Below are positions 1 through 9,000 of a DNA stretch of 31,869 nt, in pieces. The first letter of the stretch is position 1. The number at the start of each line of letters is the position of its first letter. Origin of the DNA: Myxococcales bacterium (GTDB lineage Bacteria > Myxococcota_A > UBA9042 > PHBI01 > JAAZYN01); contig JAAZYN010000001.1 of NCBI GenBank assembly GCA_014239625.1, forward strand, positions 1 through 31,869, in the 5' to 3' direction. Under the pieces are notes generated by a model that ran no database searches, was not told where the DNA came from, and saw only the letters and a list, made by a program, of their open reading frames with translations. Position numbers and translations under genes: made by a program.

Positions 1-26
1 GACAGCCGCTGGAGCCTACGCAGCGG

Positions 27-3000
27 TTGGTCGGGATCATCGCGTCTGACGCGCTCCCTGCCGGCGAGAGCGGCATCCAGGTCGACCCCGAATACCTCGC
101 GACGGCGGACATTCGAGACCTCGACCGGCCGTCCCCGGTGGAGGGCGCCCCAGCCATTCAGCGGCAGGTTGAAGGCTTCGAGCGCGTGCCTCGCGCCTAC
201 GACCCCACCAATCCAGACGACCGACCACTCACATCGGCGGACACGCTCGCGTACCGGGAGGACATTATCCGCGGTGGTCGAGCGAAGCGTTCGTCTGAGA
301 TGATGGCGCGCGGCACCAAGGCGGGGTTCGGCTCGATGGTCTACGGCACGTTGGCTGAGCGGGCCACCACCGTGTCGGCGGCGTTCAAGCAGTATGACGA
401 GATCGGCGGCACGATGCCGGACGGCACCGTCAAGCGCTCGCTCGCCTCGAAGATGGCCACCCCGGTGCTCGACCGGGTCGGCGAATGGGCACGGAAACGC
501 TATGTCGACAACCAAGCCGCCACGGCTCCTCCTGATCACATCGTCGGGGATATCCTTGACGACCCCCAGCTCCTTTCAGATCCCGACTGGTGGGCATACA
601 ACACTGGACAGATGGCTGCTTCGATTGCCGCCTTCGCCGCCCCGATGCGAGGAGTGGCGGCAGCGACCGGTGCGGTCATGCGGTACACCAGCCCGACCGC
701 GCAAGCCGTTGCCGGCCTGGCCGGTGGCACCGCAACGGAAGCGATGGTTGAGGGCTCACTCGCGTGGAACGACGCGATCGACCGGGGAGAGACCGAGGAG
801 ACGGCAGCAAAGGAAGCCGCCGAGGTCTACAAGCGAAACCTGGTCCTGATCGGCGCGACGGGTTCGGTGGGGTTCCTGCCGCGCTCGATGATTCCCGGCT
901 CGCTGGTCTCGGGTCGACTCGGGCGCGCGGCGGAGGCGACTCGTGGCGTGGTCTCGGAGTCGATACAGGAGGGTGGCCAGGAGGTCATCACCAACCTCGC
1001 GGCCGACCGCCCTGCCGGCGAGGGTGTGGCGACGTCGGCGCTGTTGGGTGGTCTGGCCGGCGGCGGCATGCAGGTCGGGTTCAACCGGCTCGACCAGGCG
1101 CGCGACAGCGCACGTCTCGACCGCGAGCAGGAGGCGGCGCGTCCGTGGGAGCGGGGCCAGACACCGGCTGAGCCACCGCCACCGGTCGACGTGGTCACGG
1201 CAAAAACCCAGCCAAGTGGTGGGGTTTCGCCCGAATTGCAGGAAAACGCTGCAATTGACAGCGAAACGGCGCGGAAAACTGTCGCAATTACCGAAAAACC
1301 GCCCGTAGCGACACGTTCTACAGGGCAGATATCGCCACCAGCTCCGAAGGGAGCGGGCGATACCGGGGGCGTGGTCAGGCCCGGCGAGGCAGAGGTCGAG
1401 CGCCCGCCCGACACGAGCCCCGTGCTGGCCGCGCCTCCGGTAACGCCCAAGAGAGAGCCCAAGAGCGTGCGTCCGCCACAGGTGGAGCCGTTCGACATCG
1501 AGAACGACGAGATAGCGGAGCTGGACCGCATCGAGCAAGAGCTGGAGACCGCACCCTTCCAGCCGAAGACCATCACGCCGCAGGACCGCTACGGCGAGGC
1601 CGACGTGTCGCCGCGCGAGGCTGGAGCGCCGGTCTACGACGACATCATCGGACTGTCTGGTGCGTTCCGTCACTACACGCGTGGCGACATCAGGGGAGCC
1701 ATCGCAGACCTGAAGGCCGGCAAGCGGTCGGTCGCGTCTGACCTGGTCATGGACGTCGTCCGGGGCCGGCGCAGCGGTGAGCGCGGATTGTCGAAGCCGA
1801 TCATTCCGCTCGACGAGGACATGGTCGAGCCTGAGCCCGACTGGGTCTCAGAGGAGCAAGCCGCGCCGCCGGTCACGCCAAAAGAGCCGTGGACGCCGAA
1901 GCCGTATGGGCAACAGGAGACCAAGGAGGAGACGGCGAAGCGGGTCGAGGATTCCAAGGCCATTCTCGCGCCGATGAAGGCGGCAGCGGAGCGTGGTCCG
2001 GGCGCGAAGGTCTACCAGGGGCGCGGAGCTGACCCGAAGGACGTCTACGGACCCGACGCCGTGCGCGAGGGTCGAGCGGTCCCACTGTTCGGGAAGGCGC
2101 AGTACTACGCCATCGAGGAGCGGGACGCCAGGACCTACGGCGAGGTCACGGAGCACGACGCGCCGCAGCTCAAGAACCCGTTGGTGCTCGACTCCGACCG
2201 GGCATGGCACGACCTACAGCGCGCCGCCGGCATCGACCTTGAGAAGTCAATGGCCACGGAGCCGGGGAACATTCCCGCGCTGACCGCGAAGCTCCAAGCG
2301 CACATCCGCAACCAGGGGCACGACGGCATCATCGTCGAGGCGGGGTGGGATGGTGACGTCAACGCGAAGGGCGAGGGCATCAAGCAGCTCCGGGGGAAGG
2401 TCGGTCACTCGCAGATCGTGGTATTCGAGGACGCCAAGAAGCCGGCCGCGCCGGTCGCGACGAAGGCATACCAGGGGTCTGGAACGCTTAGGCGCTACAT
2501 TCAAGGCGCCGATCGCGGTCAAAGCAAGAGCTGGGAGGAAATCGTCGACCAGGTACGCGGTGAGGGTTCTGGTTTCTCTGAAAGCCAGATCAGGCGGGCG
2601 ATCATCGAGCTGGACGCGGACGGAGAGATCGCCACGCCGGGGAAGAAGACGCCAGCCGAAGAGGCCGGGCTCGACTTGGGCGAGCGCACGGAGCTACCGG
2701 TCTCGTGGACGTCGGCTTTTCTGTTGGGACCAGAGGCCAGGGCGAAGACGCTACGCGAGGCGACGCACAGCGGTATTGAGAGCGAGTACGCCGCGTTCGT
2801 GGCGCAGCGTGGCCGGCTAGAGCTGGAGGCCGAGAGCGCCACAGGCCCAGCGCGTAACGACATCGCCGACCAGCTCGGCATGGTCAACGGGTACCTCGAA
2901 GATGTGCAGGCGGAGCGCGCTCGACGTAACGACCCCGCGTACGACACGAACGACAAGGGAGAGCAGCAGGGTCGCCTGCCGGGCGCAGTGGGCGACGTGC

Positions 3001-6000
3001 GAGAGCAGGACGTCGTCACGCCACAGGTGGTCTCGGACGACGATGTGCCGTTTGGGCTCACGCCACCAGTCGGCAAGAAGACCGAGGTCGAGGACGGTCT
3101 ATTTGGCGGGCTGAGCGCGGAGTATCAGAAGGCGCTCGAACGAGCCAACGCGGAGAGCGCGCGGCACGACAAGGTGGTCAAGCAGTATCGAGCCCAGGAG
3201 GTCGACGACGACACGTTCATCGCGTCCAAGGCACGGCTCGATGCTGCGGACCAGGCGTTCGACCTAGCGGCCGAGAAAGAAGCAGAGCGCACCAATGAGG
3301 CGCCATCGAAGCCGGCCGCGCCTGTCACGCCCAAGGCGGTTGAACCATCCCTAGATGACAAGAGCCGAAGGGCGGCGTTGGAGAACCTCGACAGGGTCCA
3401 GCGCGACCCGGAAGGATCAAGCACCAAGGATCTGCTGCGAGCCGCTGGTGTGCTGTCTCACCAAATAGCAAGCCTGAGCCGCAAAGGAGAGAACCCTGAT
3501 CGCGTCCGGTCGCTGAAAGTTGACATGGATCACTTCACCGCAATAGTCGGTGAAAGGTCTAAGGTGGCGCGTAAGCCAGCGCCCCCGGTGAAGCCAGTCG
3601 AGCAACCGGCAGCAACGGCGCCCGCAGGGGACCAACCGCCACCAACGGGCGCCGCGATCGAGCGCCTGAAGAAGCACGGCATCAGGGTCAACGAGACGAC
3701 AACGAAGAACGGCACGCCGGTCTGGGAGCTGACCGGCAAGACGTTCGACCACAAGGCGGCGATCAAAGCCGCAGGAGGTCGCTGGTATGGCCCGAAGAAA
3801 GCCTGGTCCATCTACGACGCGAGCAAGCTCACCGACCTCGTCGCCGCGCTCGACGGAGGAGACGCAACTGGAAGCGGCGCTCAGGACGACACCGGGTCTG
3901 GCGACAACACTGATGAGGACGCGCGCATCAAGCAGCTCCGACGAGACGAGGACGGACGAGCCGACGCCCGACTCTCTGGTAGCGAGCTTGCGGACCTTGT
4001 CGACGCCGAGACGCAACGGCTGATTCGACTCGGGCTCAACGTCGGCATGCCGGCGCATGTGGTCGACGAGCAGATCGAGGACATCGGCGGCATCGTCACC
4101 GCGTTCGAGAACGATCGCCCGATGTTCCTCCTGGCGAGCGAGGCCGGCACCGGGAAGACGTACGTGCTGGGCGGCGCCATTCGCGAGCTGGCGAAGCGCG
4201 GGCACACCAACGTGACCTACGTCACGCTCAACCAGGACCTCATCACGCAGATCAAGCGCGACCTGGCCGACTACGGCATCGACCACGTTCAGTTCGCGAC
4301 CTACTCGGAGCTGAGCAGCGGGCGGAGCCGTATCAGCGTCGAGGACGGTGTCCTGATGTTCGACGAGATGCACTCCGTCAAGAACGTGGAGAGCGCGCGA
4401 GGCAAGGCCGGCCAGAAGCTCATGGAGCAGGCCCGGCTCACGGTCATGGCCAGCGCCACGCCATTCGAGAACCCGGTGCAGGCGCAGTACCTCGCGGCCA
4501 CCGGCATCTTTGGCGGCACCGACATCGACAGCATGCGTGAGCGGTTCACCGACTGGGTGAAAGCCTACGGCGCCAGCATCCGCCGCATCCGCATTCAGAC
4601 ACCCTACGGCGAGAAAGAGATCGAGATTCCCTACTGGCAGGGTGGCAAAAAGGAAGACGGCGCCGCCGCGCGCCAGTGGTTCGTCAAACAGGGCATCTTC
4701 CATCAGCGCACCAAGCAGCTCGGCAAGGACGCCGTCGACAGCACGTTCCAGTCGGTCACGGTCACGAGCGAGTGGAACGAGCGGTATGACGCCGTCGAGG
4801 CCGTCTACGCCGGGGCCATGAACGAGTGGCAGAACGACCAGGGCAAGCCGCTGGACGCGAAGGTCCACGCGATGATTGCGATGCACCGGGTCAACGCCAT
4901 CAAGCGCATCCTCGAAGCCTCGAAAGTGCAAGACGGAATCCGCCTCGCAAAGCAAGAACTCTCCGATGGAAAAGCCGTGGTGTTGTTCACCGAGACCAAG
5001 GCCGATCGCGAGATGGGGCGGTTTCGGGAGTCAGGCGCCAAGGCCAGCTCACCGCTCTACGGATACCCAGAGATTCAGCAGCGCATCGCAGAGTGGGAGC
5101 AGGAAGCGGAGATCGCTCGTCGCAACTTCGAGCGTCCGCCGAGACGTCCGTTCAGCGAGGCCATCGAGACCATCGCGAAGCACTACCACGAGAGCGGCAC
5201 GCACTTCGAGCTGCCGTCTGTCGCCAGTGACATCGTCGCCGGCCTGGGCGGTCGGTCGAAGGTGGCCATCTACAACGGCTCCGTGAGCAACGCCGCCGCG
5301 ACCAAGAACAAAGCCGACTTCCTCGAAGGTCGGAAGCGCGTCATCATCGCGACGATGGCCAAGGGTGGCACCGGGCTGTCACTCCATGACACCACAGGCG
5401 AGCGGCCGACCACGCAGATCAACATCAACCTGCCGTGGGTGGCCACACAGGTCGACCAGGTCAGCGGTCGAGTGGCGCGCTACGGGATGCGCTCGCACGC
5501 CGACATCATGTGGGTCTTCGCGAAGAACATTCCGTTCGAGCGCGAGCTGTCGGGTCGCGTCGGTCGGCGGATGCGGGACATGGGCGCCGTGGTCAAGGGT
5601 GTCGAGAGCGCCGCCGCCAAGGTGCTCGCAGACGACTGGAACATGGAGGACGAGAAGGTCGACGTCTCTGGCGAGGGCACGACCATCAGCACCGAGGACG
5701 AGGGCGACATCTACGCGCAGGCCGACCGGCGCCAGGCGCAAGACAAGGGTGGGCGCGCGAGAGCGGCCGACACGAGCGGCGACTTCTTCCCGACCCCATA
5801 CCGGCTCGCCGCGCTCATGACGCGGATCTCGGGCGTGCGCGAGGGTCACGTTGTGCTCGAACCGTCTGTCGGGTCAGGGCGGCTGCTGACGTTCCTGCCG
5901 GACGGTGTCGTGCTCACCAAGGTCGAGCAACGGGGCGACCTCGCAGCCAAGCAGGACGCCACGCAGGGTGATTTCCTCGAGCTGGCGTCTGGGCTGGGCG

Positions 6001-9000
6001 AGTTCGACACCATCCTGATGAACCCGCCGTTCAGCAAGAGCCTGGACGCGGCCCACGTCATGCGAGCCGCGGACCTCCTCACGCCGGGCGGGCGCCTGGT
6101 CGCGGTGATGGGTGAGGGCGTCTTCTTCCGCCAGCAGAAGAAAGACGCCGCGTTCCGCGACTGGCTCGATGACCGTGGCGCCACCGTGGTGACGCTGCCG
6201 GACAACGCGTTCAAGACGAGCGGCACGGGTGTCAAGACGCGCCTGGTTGTCATCGACGAGACCGCGTCACCGGGCCGGCTCGATATCAATATGGCCGACC
6301 TCGACGCCGACGAGCTCGCGCGGGTCGAATCCTCGGTGCCGTCGCGCGAAAGCCTCCGCCAAGTGGCGCCGCAGAGCGGAGAGGCGCTCCCGTGGGACGG
6401 CCCGTCAGCCACCACAGACGGCTCACAGTCCAACCTGCCGGTCACAGCAAAGGGAGAGGACCAGCCGGACAGCGGCGGCGGTCGCAAGGTTCCTGTCACG
6501 CCGAAGCGGGAGACCGCGCGCAACTGGCCAGGCCGTTCACCGAGTGCGACGACGCCAGCTCACGGGCTGACCGGCACCGCGATCGCGCAGCGCATCGCCA
6601 AGATGATCGGGGACCTCCCGATCGCGGTGGGCAAGGCTGGCCGGTCCCGTGCGATTTTCAAGCACACCGGCACCATCCGCGAGGCGGTCGCTGAAGACTT
6701 CTTCGCGGAGCTGCACGAGCTGGGACACGCGCTCGACCTGATCGTGATGGGGTGGAGCGCAGCGCACAACCGAGACGCCATCGCGGAGGAGCTAAAGGTC
6801 GTAGGCGCGCCGACGTCGATGCCGTCCTACTCGGTCAAGACTATCCGTCGCGAGGGTGTCGCCGAGTACACACGTCGGTGGCTCATGGAGCCGGATGGGG
6901 TCCGCATCGAGGCGCCATTATTCACGCTGGTGTTCGAGGCGTTCATCCAGTCCGGCACACCACTGGCCAAGACGCTCGCGCAGGCGCAGGAGGAGACGCA
7001 ATATCTCTTAAACCTGAGCCCCGAGGAGACGCTCGGTCGCGGCATCGACAGCACGGGTGGACCTGGTCCAGTCGAGCGCCTCAACGTGCTGCTGCGCGCG
7101 GCTGACGACGACCCTCGCACGGGCTTCGACCGCATGTCGGTCGCGTGGAACGACGACGCGGCATCGCTGAAGCGCGTGACGTCTGCGATGCGAAACGGAG
7201 AGCCCGGTGACCCGGCGGTGGACGCCTACGCGCAGCACCGATTCGTGAACGGGTCGAGCGGGCTGGCCAAGGGGTTCCTAAAGTATGGCGTCCGCGACGA
7301 GAGCGGCAAGAAGATCGGGCCTGGTCTCTATGAGGCGCTGAAGCCGGTCTGGTCGGAGATTTACACCGTCGTTGGGAAGGCCGGCAAGCTCCAGAAGTAT
7401 CTCGTCGCGCGTCGAGCGGCTCGCATGGTGCAGCTCGGCAAGGAGAGCGGGCGCACCAAGTCAGAGATCACGGCCGGGCTGCTCCTGGGCGAGATGGACC
7501 CACGCCTGAAGGTTGCCGGCGAGGGCATCGACGCGTTCCGCAAGGCGATGCTTGACTGGTCGGTTCGGAATCATCTGATTTCCCCCGAGGTTCGCGCCAA
7601 GTTCGACAAGACATGGGGCGGCTACTACGTGCCCTGGAACAAGGTGCGCGACCTGGCGCTCCGAGTGTCGAGCGGCAAAGGCGGCGGGCGCAACTCCAGA
7701 GTGCCGTTTGGTCGTTTCTTTAGGGGCGACGGACGCATCCGCGACCCGCTCATGAGCATCATCACCAACACGTTCGAGCAGGTCCGTGCCGGGATGGACA
7801 ATAAGTGGAAGCTCGCGCTCGTCGACCAGGCGACGAAGACCGAACACCGCGGCGTGAAGGGGGAGAGCGAGCAGATCGAAACGCTGGGTGGTCGGTTTCT
7901 CGATCGCATCGTGGCCGACAAGCACGAAGTGTTCGTCAACTTCGAGCGGATCTCCGACGAGATATTCGAGGCAGCGCGCAAGCAGGGCTATATCCCCGAG
8001 TTAGAGGCCGGATGGATGTCGTCGAAGGAGGAGCTTCTCAAGGGGCACGCGTCGTACTGGGTGCCGAACACGCTGGCGATCGGCGGGAAGCACTACATGA
8101 CGGTGCTCCGCCACGGTGAGCGCGAGTGGTACGAGGTTCACGACCAAGGGCTCTGGGATCTGATTGAGTCGGGGTCCGGCCAGGCGGCGGCGGTCTACCT
8201 CTCCGTGCTGCGGGCGCCGGCACAGCTCCTTCGCCGGATGGCGACCTCGACGCTCGGATTCATTCAGCGCAACGTGATTCGCGACTTCCTCTCAGCGGTC
8301 AACTACTCGAAGGGCGTCTACACGCCGCTCGATTCCATCAACGGGTTGATGTCCGTGCTGAAGGAGGATGAGAACTGGCAACTGTTTCTCACGTCAGGCG
8401 CGCACGGCGGCACCGTCGTATCGCAAGATAGAAACTACCTCCGGGGGGAGATTCGCGGGCTGGGCAAGACGCGCATCAGGCGCTACGCCGAGATGATTGT
8501 CCGCAACCCGTTCGAGGGCATGCGCGCGTTGTCGGAACTGTCGGAGCACACCACCCGCGTGGGTGAGTTCAAGAAGGTGCGCGAGATGGAGCTGTCCGGC
8601 GGCGCCACCGACGAGGAGGGGCTCTCCCGCGCGGCCTGGGCGGCTCGCGAAGTGACGCAAGACTTCTCGAAGCAGGGCAGCTACGCGCGGGAGATCAACC
8701 AGCTCGTGCCATTCTTCGCCGCGCGCATCGGTGGCGTGACCCGGCTCGCCGAGGAGGTCAAGCGGTCCCCGATTCAGATCACCCGACGCGCGCTGATGAC
8801 GATCATCATGCCGTCGATGTTCTTGTGGTATCTGAACCGCGACGACGACGAGTATGAGGAGATCCCCGGCTGGGCGAAACGCGCCTACACGCACATCCCC
8901 GTTCACCAGGCGCTCCGCGACCGTGGGTGGGGCTCGCACGTCTGGATTCCGCGCGCCTTCGAGTTCGGTGAGATATCGAACGTGCTAGAGGCTGTGCTCG

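Noticed and set aside
1255-1283. Sigma-70 promoter at TTGACA (1255-1260)
   Set aside because: No -10 hexamer at 16-18 nt spacing (ACTGTC at 17 nt). Retained only as part of the phased A-tract observation.
3036-3056. Internal SSB-tail-like DDDVPF in the giant protein
   Set aside because: SSB tails need a free C-terminal Phe. Here it is internal and there is no evidence of cleavage after it.
3417-4955. 512-aa minus-strand ORF and the many other long antisense or alternate-frame ORFs in the track
   Set aside because: They are shadows of well-supported plus-strand genes in GC-rich DNA, with Arg/Ala/Pro-rich composition, no motifs and no RBS.
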